Assembly: GCA_964624855.1 (NCBI GenBank)
Contig: CAZUZW010000007.1
Location: forward strand, 9,331 to 73,330
DNA length: 64,000 bases
From: an uncultured Vicinamibacteraceae bacterium
Lineage (GTDB): Bacteria; Acidobacteriota; Vicinamibacteria; Vicinamibacterales; UBA8438
Direction of reading: 5' to 3'
Below the pieces are notes generated by a model that did not search any database, was not told the origin of the DNA, and saw only the letters and a program-made list of their open reading frames with translations. Positions within the stretch are counted from its first letter, which is position 1. Each line of letters opens with the position of its first letter. Both the position numbers and the translations under genes were made by a program. This document shows, piece after piece, positions 30,724 to 40,948 of the stretch.

Positions 30724-30769
30724 GCCTCTAGGCCTGCTATCACGTGAAGAAGGCTTAAGGAGAGCTACT

Positions 30770-31012
30770 ATGTTCGGCTCAATCGGTATGCCCGAGCTGA
30801 TGATTATCTTTGTCATAGCTCTGATCATCTTTGGCCCAAGAAAACTTCCTGAACTCGGTCGCTCGATGGGCCGAAGTTTGTCCGAATTCAAACGGGCATC
30901 CAACGAATTACGCAGCACCTTAGATGAAGAGATTCGGGTTGAAAAAACCGAACCTAGTCAAAGTCAGACAACCCATCCGAAGTCCCAAGAGCAGACACCT
31001 GAGAGCAGTTAG
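30770..31012 (+). CDS. tatA: twin-arginine translocase subunit TatA/E
   Basis: [43 protein letters not shown] is canonical TatA. AAGGAGAG SD precedes ATG 30770. The longest ORF (30689) would begin upstream of the predicted -10 box. Confidence 0.9.
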   Translation: MFGSIGMPELMIIFVIALIIFGPRKLPELGRSMGRSLSEFKRASNELRSTLDEEIRVEKTEPSQSQTTHPKSQEQTPESS

Positions 31013-31075
31013 TTTTCTCCATCAGCAAGATTCAACGTTATTGGGTAAATTTGAACCCTGTGCGGGAAATCCTTC

Positions 31076-31876
31076 ATGGCGTTAGCTCCCTTCCCTAACT
31101 CTTCAGAGCCAGACGAGGAACAACTGGATGATGTTACTGGTTCTGACGCCGGGAAGATGTCGTTCTTGGACCACCTAGACGAACTGAGAAAGCGACTTAG
31201 TATTACGGCGTTCGCCTTGCTAGGAGGAGTCATAATTTGTTTTAGCTTTATCACACCAATTTTCGATTTCATTATGAGACCGCTGCAAGAGATCCTTCCC
31301 GATGGAGGGCAGCTCGTCTACACAGAACCGACGGAAGCATTTTTTCTCTATATCAAAGTTGCAGCGCTAGCAGGCCTCATCCTAGCGATACCGGTAGTCC
31401 TCCAACAACTGTGGCTATTTGTAGCACCTGGCCTGTACGCCCACGAAAAAAAGTTTGCGATTCCTTTTGTAGTCTTTGCGACCTTGTTTTTTGTGGGTGG
31501 GGCTCTCTTTTCGCACTTCTTCCTGTTTCCAGTTGCTTGGAGTTTCTTTGCAGGGTTCGCGTCGGACTACATGGAGTTTATGCCGCGTATCCAGCCGGCG
31601 TTCAGTTTGTACGTCAAACTCCTGCTGGCCTGCGGCGTAGTGTTTCAAATGCCAACGGTGGTCTTCTTCCTGGCGAGAATCGGGGTGCTAACGGCTAGGT
31701 TTTTAGTAAATAACATCAAATACGCAATCCTCTTGATCTTTATTTTCGCAGCTATTCTGACTCCAACCGGAGACCCGGTTACATTAACCCTGATGGCGAT
31801 GCCAATGATATTGCTCTACGGACTGAGCATCGGGATTGCTTGGCTGTTCGGCAAGAAAACGAAGTCTGATTCCTAA
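31076..31876 (+). CDS. tatC: twin-arginine translocase subunit TatC
   Basis: 266 aa with six predicted TM segments. MSFLDHLDELRKRL and YTEPTEAFFLYIKV are TatC signatures. Confidence 0.93.
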   Translation: MALAPFPNSSEPDEEQLDDVTGSDAGKMSFLDHLDELRKRLSITAFALLGGVIICFSFITPIFDFIMRPLQEILPDGGQLVYTEPTEAFFLYIKVAALAGLILAIPVVLQQLWLFVAPGLYAHEKKFAIPFVVFATLFFVGGALFSHFFLFPVAWSFFAGFASDYMEFMPRIQPAFSLYVKLLLACGVVFQMPTVVFFLARIGVLTARFLVNNIKYAILLIFIFAAILTPTGDPVTLTLMAMPMILLYGLSIGIAWLFGKKTKSDS

Positions 31877-31935
31877 GTGACCACGGTCAGTCTTAAAAAT
31901 GAATTAGGAAAACAGCCCCTTAGGCCACCCTCTCG

Positions 31936-31964
31936 TTGACTTCACTTGTACAAGGCAATACTAT
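31936..31964 (+). promoter_or_regulatory. sigma70-like promoter for the OmpA-family gene
   Basis: TTGACT (31936-31941), 17-nt spacer, TACTAT (31959-31964). Confidence 0.5.
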
Positions 31965-32051
31965 TTTGAAGAATCAAGGCTACTAGTCTTCCCTTGTTGT
32001 TACCAACGTGGAACCATTGAGCTGCTTGTCGATAGGAAGTGCAGTTTAAAG

Positions 32052-33704
32052 ATGAAGATGATGTGGCGCATTATAATTGTTGTAGCAGCAAGTCTCATAT
32101 TACCGTCTCCAGCTACCGCCCAAGAGAACGCGTCAGACGATACACGTCCATCAGGGGCAACCTTTCTTGGTGACACCGGTCTGTGGTTTGTTCCAACCGC
32201 CGAAATTTTACCTCACGGACAATTTTCACTCAGTGCACAACGTGCAAACTTCGACCGCCAGGAAGGCATAACAGACATTGAACACAACCCTGCTACATTT
32301 GCTGTGGGCATTGCCAATCGGGTTGAACTCTTTGGTTCGTTTCGCGTGTTAACTCGAGTTGACCGTGATGCTCGACCGCTTTTTAATTCATCCAATCCAT
32401 CCGTGGGTGGACCAGCCTATCAAGTGCCATTGGTCAACGACCAGTACACTGGTAACAAATCAGGCGACCTAGTTCTCGGCGGAAAGGTTAATCTAATTTC
32501 AGAAAGCAATCAGAGTCCGTTAGCCGTGGCTCTGCGCGGATTAGTCAAAATTCCAACCGGCGACAAACAGACTGGTAACACATCTGGCAAGTCTGACGTT
32601 GCCTTTGACCTCGTCCTCAGTAAGTCATTAGACGCCGCTGAAATCGCAGCGTACGGAGGATATGGGGTTCGTGGCGACCCCTCTGGTATGGACCTTCCAG
32701 ACAGCATCCGATGGGGTCTGGGAACTGGAGTGCCGGTAGCCAATACAGTTAGGCTTTTCGGAGAAATCAGCGGCGAATTCCTGACACAGGACAACTTAAC
32801 CTTAGAATTACCACTCGTAGGGCCTGACGGTAGTCAATCACCCCTTACGTCTTCCCTAAAGAATCCGATCGACCTCACACTTGGACTTCAATGGGAAGCC
32901 TCAAGCGGCTTGTACGTGGGTGCAGGCTTAAATTTCTCACTTGTACATGATGACCGTGAAATAGCCGGGCGACGTGGTAAAACCGGAGACCGTCTTGGCT
33001 TGCTCGTTAGAATCGGGTATCACCGTGGTGTAAAGGTTTATGTTCCTCCGCCACCACCTACCCCTGCACCTGAGAATCGCGGTCCGCAAGTGACACTGAA
33101 CTGCAATCCCTGTGAGTTGATGGTAGGCGAAGAGTCGCAGTTACGTGCAGATGCTAGTGACCCAGATGGAGATGCACTTGAATACCGCTGGAGCGCCCCA
33201 GCAGGTGAGTTCCAAGGTGGCGTTAATCGTTCAACCCAACAGTGGCAAGCGCCAAGTGACGCCACCCGTGTTCCTGTCACCGTAACTGTTGAGGATGGCT
33301 ATGGTGGAACGGCTTCAGACACCATAACGTTAGACGTCACCGAACCTCCGCCACCACCAGCACGTGAGTACGTCTTTGAAGATGTCCACTTTGATTTTGA
33401 CCGTTATACCCTTCGTGTCGAAGCTTCGCGCGTACTTGACGAAGTAGTATCTGCAATGCAAGACGACCCAAATTTGAGAATTCAGATCGATGGCCACACC
33501 TGTAACATTGGAACCGCCGAATACAACTTAGCCCTCAGTGAAAGGCGTTCAAACTCAGTTGAAGAATATCTAACCAGCCGAGGCATTAGCAGCTCACGCC
33601 TGCAAACACAGAGTTACGGCGAGGAACGCCCACAACACGACAACACAAGGGAAGAAACTCGACGCCTAAATCGCCGCGCAGCTCTAACCGTCACACTGCA
33701 GTAG
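32052..33704 (+). CDS. OmpA-family outer-membrane protein (beta-barrel + PKD-like domain + OmpA C-terminal domain)
   Basis: Signal peptide (LILPSPATAQEN). About 330 aa of barrel-like sequence, then poly-Pro linkers flanking a DPDGDALEYRW Ig/PKD-like module. C-terminal OmpA peptidoglycan-binding motif (NLALSERRSNSVEEYL...NRRAAL). Confidence 0.85.
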   Translation: MKMMWRIIIVVAASLILPSPATAQENASDDTRPSGATFLGDTGLWFVPTAEILPHGQFSLSAQRANFDRQEGITDIEHNPATFAVGIANRVELFGSFRVLTRVDRDARPLFNSSNPSVGGPAYQVPLVNDQYTGNKSGDLVLGGKVNLISESNQSPLAVALRGLVKIPTGDKQTGNTSGKSDVAFDLVLSKSLDAAEIAAYGGYGVRGDPSGMDLPDSIRWGLGTGVPVANTVRLFGEISGEFLTQDNLTLELPLVGPDGSQSPLTSSLKNPIDLTLGLQWEASSGLYVGAGLNFSLVHDDREIAGRRGKTGDRLGLLVRIGYHRGVKVYVPPPPPTPAPENRGPQVTLNCNPCELMVGEESQLRADASDPDGDALEYRWSAPAGEFQGGVNRSTQQWQAPSDATRVPVTVTVEDGYGGTASDTITLDVTEPPPPPAREYVFEDVHFDFDRYTLRVEASRVLDEVVSAMQDDPNLRIQIDGHTCNIGTAEYNLALSERRSNSVEEYLTSRGISSSRLQTQSYGEERPQHDNTREETRRLNRRAALTVTLQ

Positions 33705-33726
33705 GTCAATATTTTTCAACCCGAAA

Positions 33727-35178
33727 CTAGTACGACTTTGCAAAATATGCGTCGGTCTGAGCAGGCTGGCCACACTCGATACAGTCGCCGGATGGAGGAA
33801 GCGGTTCAAGTGGAAGATTGCGGATGGTGGCTTGGGTAGCTGTCTTAATAGACGCCTCACATTTCTCCTGACCACACCATGGTGCGATAACAAAACCAGG
33901 ACGCGCCTTAAAGAGTTCGTCAAAATCCTCTCGGCTCGAAGCTTGCGTCGTGTGTTCGTCGCGAAACGATTGTGCACGTTTAAATAGTTCTGCCTGAATG
34001 GTCTTCAAGAGTTCGTTAACACTGGGTCTCAATCCATCCATTGGAACAACCAGTTTTTCTCTAGTATCACGTCGAACCATGACCACCTGTGAGTTCTCAA
34101 GATCCCGTGGGCCAATCTCTATCCGAATCGGCACACCACGCATCTCCCATTCAGAAAACTTCCAGCCAGGCGTATAGACATCTCGGTCGTCCAATCGAAC
34201 ACGAATTCCATCAGTCATTAGCTCATCAGCAATTTCACGGGCCTTAGGAAGCACTGTCTCCTGCCAATTGCCTCTCGGTATGGGCACAATCACAACCTGA
34301 TACGGTGCTATTCTCGGAGGCAAAATCAAACCGCTGTCATCGCCATGAACCATGATCACCCCTCCAATTAAGCGGGTAGTCATGCCCCATGATGTCTGCC
34401 AAACAAACTGCAAAGACTTGTCACGGGCCTGGAACTTAATATCAAACACCTTTGAGAAATTCTGCCCGAGCATATGGGACGTACCCGCCTGCAAAGCACG
34501 TCCGTCGCCCATCAAAGCTTCAATCGAGTAGGTATACTGGGCGCCCGCAAACTTCTCGCTTTCAGACTTTCGACCGTCAAGCACGGGCATCGCCAACTCG
34601 TTCTCGACAAATTCTTTGTACACACCAAGCATTCGGAGAGCTTCTTCCTCAGCTTCACTTTCAGTTTCATGAGCAGTGTGACCCTCTTGCCACAAGAACT
34701 CAGTCGTTCGTAGAAATAGCCTGGTGACCTTCTCCCACCGAACAACATTGGCCCATTGATTAATCAACACAGGAAGATCGCGCCAAGACTTGATCCATTT
34801 TGCGTACATGGTCCCAATAATGGCTTCCGATGTCGGACGAACGATCAGTCGTTCTTCAAGATCTTCATCGCCCCCACGCGTGACCCAAGCCACCTGAGGT
34901 GCAAACCCTTCGACATGCTCAGCTTCCTTACGCAGCAAGGATTCTGGAATAAACAACGGAAAATAAGCGTTGACGTGACCGGTTGCCTTCAATTTCGCAT
35001 CCAACGAAGCCTGCATAAGTTCCCAAATCGCGTAACCATACGGACGTATAACCATGCTACCTTTGACCGGCGAGTAATCCGCTAATTCTGCACGTCGAAT
35101 TACATCGGTGTACCATTTCGAGAAATCCTCAGAGCGAGGTGTTATCTCGGTGACGAATGTGTCTCGTTTGGCCGACAT
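33727..35178 (-). CDS. proS: proline--tRNA ligase, archaeal/eukaryote-like type
   Basis: FSKWYTDVIRRAELADYSPVKG at the N-terminus, no INS editing domain, and a C-terminal Zn-binding domain ending in Tyr (CIECGQPAQTDAYFAKSY). ATG 35178 has a GAGGA SD. The longest ORF starts at TTG 35193. Confidence 0.93.
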   Translation of the reverse strand: MSAKRDTFVTEITPRSEDFSKWYTDVIRRAELADYSPVKGSMVIRPYGYAIWELMQASLDAKLKATGHVNAYFPLFIPESLLRKEAEHVEGFAPQVAWVTRGGDEDLEERLIVRPTSEAIIGTMYAKWIKSWRDLPVLINQWANVVRWEKVTRLFLRTTEFLWQEGHTAHETESEAEEEALRMLGVYKEFVENELAMPVLDGRKSESEKFAGAQYTYSIEALMGDGRALQAGTSHMLGQNFSKVFDIKFQARDKSLQFVWQTSWGMTTRLIGGVIMVHGDDSGLILPPRIAPYQVVIVPIPRGNWQETVLPKAREIADELMTDGIRVRLDDRDVYTPGWKFSEWEMRGVPIRIEIGPRDLENSQVVMVRRDTREKLVVPMDGLRPSVNELLKTIQAELFKRAQSFRDEHTTQASSREDFDELFKARPGFVIAPWCGQEKCEASIKTATQATIRNLPLEPLPPSGDCIECGQPAQTDAYFAKSY

Positions 35179-35189
35179 CTTACTTATCC

Positions 35190-36776
35190 TCAACTACCAT
35201 TAAGATCATCATGTCTTGATTCTCCGATATGCCGTGACCAGTCTATATCGTTCCGGCTTGGAAAATCTGATCGGTAGTGAGCACCTCGACTCTCCTGACG
35301 ACGCAGAGCAGCATTAGCAACAAGCCTTCCCGTAGTAATAAGGCTAATAATTCTGGAAGTGCCTTCGTCACTGCAATTCTTTGGAAGCACTTCAGCCCAA
35401 CGGTTCAAAATCGAAACAGCCTTGGCCAATCCATCACGATCTCGGAACAAGCCCACATACCGCCACATCACGTCTTGAACCTCTTTCACAGTCGGCAATT
35501 TTGCCTGGCCAACCACTGATTGCACATTATCTTCAAAGTGCCGTAAGGCCGAACGGGTAGGTGATACCCGAGACACATGCGCCATAGCTCGACCGGCCAA
35601 AGCACCAAACACAAGTCCCTCAAGCAGCGAGTTACTAGCCAGCCGGTTGGCACCATGAACACCTGTGCAAGCAACCTCTCCAGCCGCAAACAACCCAGGC
35701 AATGATGTCTGTCCATCAAGGTCCGTTTCAACGCCACCCATTACATAGTGGGCTGCAGGACCTATAGGAATGCGGTCTCGAGCCAAATCGAGGCCAACAG
35801 ACTGACAGGCTGCAGCAATGAGCGGAAACCGTTTCCTGACAAATTCCTCTGGCAAGGCGTCAAGCGTCAAATAGACCGGGCTACCTGTTCGTTTGACCTC
35901 CTTGGTAATAGCACGTGCGACGCGGTCACGAGGCGCGAGGTCTCCAGCGGGGTCAACACTCGGCATGAATGCGTCGCCTGACTCATTAATTAACTTGGCG
36001 CCTTCACCACGTAGAGCCTCAGACAGCAAAAATCTTGGATGCCCCGCAAGAGACAATGCCGTCGGATGAAATTGAATAAATTCGAGATCTATCACGCGAG
36101 CACCGGCCCGATAGGCAATCGCCACACCATCTCCGGTAGCAACCGGCGGATTGGTGGTGTCGCGATACAGTTGTCCCGCTCCACCTGTGGCCAACAAAGT
36201 CGCGGACGAATGTGCTGTCAATACTCGACCCTTCTCATCTGCAAACCTCGCAGCTACACAACGTCCCTCGTCAACGACCACATCTAACACAAGTGCATGT
36301 TCAATCACGGAGATACGCTCGTCTCCACTAACCTTCTGCCACAACACCCTGCATATCTCACGACCGGTGGCATCGCGAGCATGTAACACACGCCGCATCG
36401 TATGTGCACCCTCTTGCGCCAGTGAAAGAACACCGTCTTCGTTTCGATCGAACCTAGCGCCCCAATTAATCAGTTCCTGAACATCGGAAGCACCCTGATT
36501 AGTCAACAGATGGACTGCTTCCTCACGACACAAACCGTCACCAGCGGCCAAGGTATCAGCAGCGTGAATCTCTGCGGAGTCGCCCTCACCAATCGCCGCC
36601 GCGATACCACCTTGAGCATAGATGGTACTTCCCTCCATGGAATTGGCCTTTGTCAGAATCAGCACCGTGCCCACATTCGCTAGTTCTAGTGCAGCGCGTA
36701 ATGCAGCGATACCACTACCGACAATCAGAAAGTCGGTGTCCAGATTGTTCACTCCATCTCCATTCCTAAAGATCAC
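35190..36776 (-). CDS. nadB: L-aspartate oxidase
   Basis: FAD-binding DFLIVGSGIAALRAA, plus RFHPT and AHYVMGGV motifs. GTG start; an alternative GTG lies at 36752. Confidence 0.93.
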   Translation of the reverse strand: MIFRNGDGVNNLDTDFLIVGSGIAALRAALELANVGTVLILTKANSMEGSTIYAQGGIAAAIGEGDSAEIHAADTLAAGDGLCREEAVHLLTNQGASDVQELINWGARFDRNEDGVLSLAQEGAHTMRRVLHARDATGREICRVLWQKVSGDERISVIEHALVLDVVVDEGRCVAARFADEKGRVLTAHSSATLLATGGAGQLYRDTTNPPVATGDGVAIAYRAGARVIDLEFIQFHPTALSLAGHPRFLLSEALRGEGAKLINESGDAFMPSVDPAGDLAPRDRVARAITKEVKRTGSPVYLTLDALPEEFVRKRFPLIAAACQSVGLDLARDRIPIGPAAHYVMGGVETDLDGQTSLPGLFAAGEVACTGVHGANRLASNSLLEGLVFGALAGRAMAHVSRVSPTRSALRHFEDNVQSVVGQAKLPTVKEVQDVMWRYVGLFRDRDGLAKAVSILNRWAEVLPKNCSDEGTSRIISLITTGRLVANAALRRQESRGAHYRSDFPSRNDIDWSRHIGESRHDDLNGS

Positions 36777-36828
36777 TCCACCCTTGTTTACGGTATCCTA
36801 ACAGCCCATTGAGGGATTTATTCCTGCC

Positions 36829-37923
36829 ATGACTTCCAGCGTCAAGATTGACGTCCCAACTGCTTCGCGAGCGTATCAGGTACATGTCGGCGTTGGTACT
36901 ATTCGTCGTCTTCGTAGCTTAATTAAGAACGCTGGTGGTAATGGCAAGTGTTTTGTCGTATCGAGCCCTGCAATATGGAAACTCCACGGCGGAACTATTC
37001 AATCTGCACTCAAGAGCTCAGAGGTCATCCTAATTCCTGATGGTGAACGATCCAAGACGATCCGAACAGTCTCTGGCATTTACGAGCCGTTAATCCGCTC
37101 CGGAGCTGACCGCTCCAGCACCATTGTGGCTGTAGGTGGTGGCGTAATTGGTGACGTGGTCGGTTTCGCGGCTTCCACATTCTTGCGTGGCGTTCAATTA
37201 GTTCATGTCCCAACTACGTTGCTGGCACAGGTAGACAGCGCCATAGGCGGCAAGGTTGGTGTCAACCATCCCCTCGGCAAGAACCTGATCGGGGCCTTCC
37301 ACCAACCGATCGTTGTTGTGGCAGACCCCAAACTCCTGACCACTCTACCGCGGCGAGAATTCCGATCTGGGCTTTATGAAGTCGTTAAATATGGAATTAT
37401 TGCCAGCCGAGGACTCTTTGATCGAATTAATACAAGTCTCACGGAGATCTTCGCACACGAGCCATCCGTGCTAATTCCGATTATCGGCGAAGCCTGCCAA
37501 ATTAAAGCAACGATTGTATCGAAAGACGAGCGAGAAAGCGGAGTTCGACGTACCCTCAATTTTGGTCACACCGTGGGACATGCCATTGAGGCTGTTACGC
37601 ACTATAGGCGTTTTCGCCATGGAGAAGCGGTGGCATACGGAATGTTGGCGGCCGCTCACATTGCAGTTCGCCGAAGAATGTTCTCGCTGCCTAACGAAGC
37701 AGCCTTGGCGAATCTCATTGGTAAGTTAGGACCGCTACCACAGGTAGGTGACTTGTCTACGCTAGCACTCGTGGCAGCAGTTCATCGAGACAAGAAAGTG
37801 ATTAAAGGCCGACTGCATATGGTCTTGCCGACCGCAGTCGGCAAGACGAAGATTGTTGGAGACGTCACCGACCGAGAAATCATTCGCAGCCTTAAGAAAA
37901 TTGGTATAGATCAAAAACCCTGA
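36829..37923 (+). CDS. aroB: 3-dehydroquinate synthase
   Basis: GGGVIGDVVGFAASTFLRGV, LNFGHTVGHAIE and HGEAVAYGM motifs. Confidence 0.93.
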   Translation: MTSSVKIDVPTASRAYQVHVGVGTIRRLRSLIKNAGGNGKCFVVSSPAIWKLHGGTIQSALKSSEVILIPDGERSKTIRTVSGIYEPLIRSGADRSSTIVAVGGGVIGDVVGFAASTFLRGVQLVHVPTTLLAQVDSAIGGKVGVNHPLGKNLIGAFHQPIVVVADPKLLTTLPRREFRSGLYEVVKYGIIASRGLFDRINTSLTEIFAHEPSVLIPIIGEACQIKATIVSKDERESGVRRTLNFGHTVGHAIEAVTHYRRFRHGEAVAYGMLAAAHIAVRRRMFSLPNEAALANLIGKLGPLPQVGDLSTLALVAAVHRDKKVIKGRLHMVLPTAVGKTKIVGDVTDREIIRSLKKIGIDQKP

Positions 37924-38036
37924 CTTCCGCTAATCGCGATAACCTACGCACCCGCTGATGCGGAATCAAGAGTCGCATCCCAATCGCCCAATCTCCTCAC
38001 CCAAAGTCTGACAGATGATAGTGGCAGCGCTGACTC

Positions 38037-38786
38037 TCACTGAAAGACAGATATATTTACCGTCGATGTCACAACTGCAGCGAACGCCATGAATGATCCG
38101 AACGGTAACGCATATTTGCTGTCACCATGTCCAGAGACGATAATTGCAATGCCCACAACGGACCCCATTAATGACGCTACCAATAGGGTCATGAGCATCA
38201 GTTGCCACCCCAAGAACGCTCCAATCATAGCCAGCATTTTCACGTCCCCCATGCCCACCCCCTGTTCTTGTCGCAGTCGATGATAGATTTCGGCAACCAC
38301 CAAAAGCCCGCCGCCGCCTAGTAAGGCACCGAGAATGGATGACTCCCAGCCGGGATCAAGAGCAAAAGCCGCTAACAAACCGACCACGATTCCTGGCAGG
38401 GTAACGATGTTAGGAAGAACGCGAGACTGCAAATCAATAACGAACAGTACCACCATCGCACTACTAAAAATAAGGCGAATAAAGAGCAATTCACTCCACC
38501 CCAAGTACCAATATTGCAGAACAAATATTAAAGGAGTAACCAATTCAACTAGAGGAAACAATCCTGAAATTGGAGCACGGCAGGTGCGGCAACGACCACG
38601 GAGAAATAGCCAACTGACTACCGGAACATTCTCGAACCACAGAAGGTTACGTTTACATGCCCTACAGTGGGAAGCAGGCCTTACAACCGATTGCCCTGTC
38701 TGTAGTCGAACAATACAAACGTTAAGAAAACTTCCAATGGCCAGTCCAAACAGCAGCAATAAAGCGACCTCGAAAGAATCTGCCAT
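38037..38786 (-). CDS. pilD: prepilin peptidase / N-methyltransferase (A24 family)
   Basis: N-terminal CRACKRNL...CRTCRAPIS Zn motif. Multi-TM body with the two catalytic Asp contexts (FVIDLQSRVLP and GMGDVKM). Confidence 0.9.
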   Translation of the reverse strand: MADSFEVALLLLFGLAIGSFLNVCIVRLQTGQSVVRPASHCRACKRNLLWFENVPVVSWLFLRGRCRTCRAPISGLFPLVELVTPLIFVLQYWYLGWSELLFIRLIFSSAMVVLFVIDLQSRVLPNIVTLPGIVVGLLAAFALDPGWESSILGALLGGGGLLVVAEIYHRLRQEQGVGMGDVKMLAMIGAFLGWQLMLMTLLVASLMGSVVGIAIIVSGHGDSKYALPFGSFMAFAAVVTSTVNISVFQ

Positions 38787-38960
38787 CTGATTATGAGATC
38801 ACTACGATAAATTGAATAACTCGACAGATTTACAAACGAAAAACGTGATTCACAGGATACCTGTCGACCGAACCGTCCGTCACCAGGACAGATCCAGTCT
38901 ACCTGGTTCGCCGTACTCTTCGAACGTCGAAAACAAAACACTGATATCGCTGGTAACGAG

Positions 38961-40187
38961 TCACCGGCGGATAGTCGCTTGGTCGAGCTCCAAACCGATC
39001 GCTCGATCAAAAAATTGGGGAGCTAAACCGCCTTTGATGACCACACCATTAATAATGAATGTGGGCGTAGCCTCAACAGGAAGCGAGGCACCGGCAGCGA
39101 TATCCAACTGCAATTCATCGATCAAATCGCCCCGACGAAAATCAATTTCAGCTGCACTAATTCCAGTAATTTCAGTCAGTGCAGCCCCGATCATATTTCG
39201 GTCCATCTCGTCCTGGTTGCCATACAGCCACTCCTCCATACGCCTAGCCTCGGTATCGCCGACAGCGCGCGCATACCGAACCGCAATAGCCGCGTCGCAA
39301 GCCGCCTCATGCAGCCCATTCGGTGATTCACCGTTACAACTCGAATCAAGCGGAAAATCTCTTGTCACTAGACGCACACTTCCAGGGTGACTCGTTTCAT
39401 ATTTGGTAAAGATAGGGCCATAAACCATATGAGTCTGCGCACAAGCTGGACACTGGTAATCATTAAACTTCACAACTACGACAGGTGCTTCAATATCAGT
39501 CATCAGAGAATCCAACCTTGGTTGGTTATTCCAAAAACGTTCGAACTCTGACTCCTCATCAGCAGTTGATGACTGACTCTCCGAAGCCGACGCTAAATTC
39601 TCAGTCTGGACACTCCAGTTCATTTCAGAAAACGAGACCGCGGAAACCAACGAAGCCGCCGTGAACAATAAGGTCAAGGCAAGCCCAACTGGCCGATGAG
39701 CGAGCACTTTCAGGTCGCCAGCCAAAGCGGACGGAAATCGGCGCAGAGGCGTCGCTGTCTCTGATCCAGTCATCAAGAAGATAGCGCCAACTGCGATATA
39801 GACAACACCACAGAGGATACAAAACGCCCCCAAAACAAAAATAGAGGCGTACGCCATGTACATCGCTACCGAAAGTCCGACAGTCGTCCAAACCAGAAAG
39901 TAACTAGCTATATTTTCTCGGGAACCGACCGGGCCTCTAAGGTCAGCAAACACTAAGAGCAGCACCACGCCGAACCAAAACACACCACCCAGGGCAACCG
40001 GTATACCTAACACGCTACCGTAGCGACTCTGATAAAGCTGTGTGCAACTTACGGTTTGATTCACGTCACAGAAACTTGAATAGGTAGGATTAGCAACCAA
40101 CTGCAGATGGATATAAGTTGAACTTACAGCCGCAACCACGCCGATTAGAGCCAGTAACGTGACCCAACCTCGTAACGACCTATTCAT
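38961..40187 (-). CDS. vitamin K epoxide reductase (VKOR) homologue fused to a DsbA-like thioredoxin domain
   Basis: N-terminal 5-TM VKOR domain with loop cysteines (FCDVNQTVSCTQ) and an active-site CxxC in a TM segment (AFCILCG). C-terminal periplasmic thioredoxin fold with YQCPAC. Confidence 0.85.
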   Translation of the reverse strand: MNRSLRGWVTLLALIGVVAAVSSTYIHLQLVANPTYSSFCDVNQTVSCTQLYQSRYGSVLGIPVALGGVFWFGVVLLLVFADLRGPVGSRENIASYFLVWTTVGLSVAMYMAYASIFVLGAFCILCGVVYIAVGAIFLMTGSETATPLRRFPSALAGDLKVLAHRPVGLALTLLFTAASLVSAVSFSEMNWSVQTENLASASESQSSTADEESEFERFWNNQPRLDSLMTDIEAPVVVVKFNDYQCPACAQTHMVYGPIFTKYETSHPGSVRLVTRDFPLDSSCNGESPNGLHEAACDAAIAVRYARAVGDTEARRMEEWLYGNQDEMDRNMIGAALTEITGISAAEIDFRRGDLIDELQLDIAAGASLPVEATPTFIINGVVIKGGLAPQFFDRAIGLELDQATIRR

Positions 40188-40328
40188 TGATTCCGGTCCG
40201 TGTAGACATCGATCGGCCTGTCATAGTTTGGTTGAATTATCGTAATATCGCCGTCTCAAAACGGAGAGAATAAAGCAATCGCATGTCACCTCTCGGGTGA
40301 ACATCTAATCACTTTTGTATCGTAGCAC

Positions 40329-40847
40329 CTATTGAATCGGTGCAGCGCCGTTCGGAACTCCAGTCTGGGCAACCCTAACAGAATCATTGGCCTGAAATAT
40401 CGTGCCACTTTGATTGGTTCCAAAATGACGTGCTCCATCTTCAGCCGCAGGATCGGCGTTAACAAAATAGGTTGATACAACAGTAACCCCGTTACATGAC
40501 GAAGGTGCTCCGTTCACTGGGGCTCCACTAGTCATAGTCACAATGTAGCTACTTTTGAGTGAAGGGTCTGTGCCAAGGTCTGGGCCAATAAAGCCATCAC
40601 CACCGCGGGTTGGCGGAGCCGCCAAATCAGTGAGAGTCGGAGCATAGAATCCATTACCACAGCGAGCTGCGTACACTGCTTGAGCACTGTGAATAGCCCT
40701 AAGTGACTGAATAGCAGACGCTTCGTTTCCCGTTATACGTGCCCTGAGCAGATTAGGCACGGCAAACGCGGCAATTATTGAAATGATCGCCACAACGATC
40801 AATAACTCGATAAGGGTAAACCCGTCGACTCGGCTATGCATTCTCAT
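40329..40847 (-). CDS. type IV pilin / pseudopilin-like protein (prepilin N-terminal cleavage/methylation domain)
   Basis: Class III signal MRMHSRVDG|FTLIELLIVVAIISIIAAFAVPNL with Glu at +5. Exactly two Cys in the mature globular part. AGGAGA SD precedes ATG 40847. The longest ORF (40904) adds 19 unlikely residues. Confidence 0.85.
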   Translation of the reverse strand: MRMHSRVDGFTLIELLIVVAIISIIAAFAVPNLLRARITGNEASAIQSLRAIHSAQAVYAARCGNGFYAPTLTDLAAPPTRGGDGFIGPDLGTDPSLKSSYIVTMTSGAPVNGAPSSCNGVTVVSTYFVNADPAAEDGARHFGTNQSGTIFQANDSVRVAQTGVPNGAAPIQ

Positions 40848-40948
40848 AATTAGCTCTCCTTCAAACACCCTACGAGCAAATGCTGTGACGATACGTTCGG
40901 GCAAGTCACCGTTCAGTCAGAAATAGATAACACATTCAAGACACAAGT

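Noticed and set aside
30689-30769. Longer 107-aa form of TatA starting at 30689
   Set aside because: The extension has no TatA-like sequence. The near-consensus promoter -10 box (30718-30723) lies inside it. ATG 30770 has an AAGGAGAG SD and gives the canonical TatA N-terminus.
37957-37979. Hairpin GATGCG-N11-CGCATC between convergent aroB and pilD as a terminator, and the similar hairpin GGCATC-N6-GATGCC at 7969-7986 after the M24 peptidase
   Set aside because: The stems are short (6 bp) and neither is followed by a proper U-tract on either strand, so there is not enough support to call intrinsic terminators.
38335-39390. Two + strand ORFs (151 and 192 aa) overlapping pilD and the VKOR-DsbA gene
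   Set aside because: They are antisense to genes with strong family motifs. Their low-complexity Ser/Arg-rich translations have no motifs or SD sequences.
40875-40890. Sigma54-type promoter upstream of the pilin gene (- strand CGTCAC-N5-TTGCT)
   Set aside because: The spacing and the -12 element fit, but the invariant GG of the -24 element (TGGCAC) is absent.
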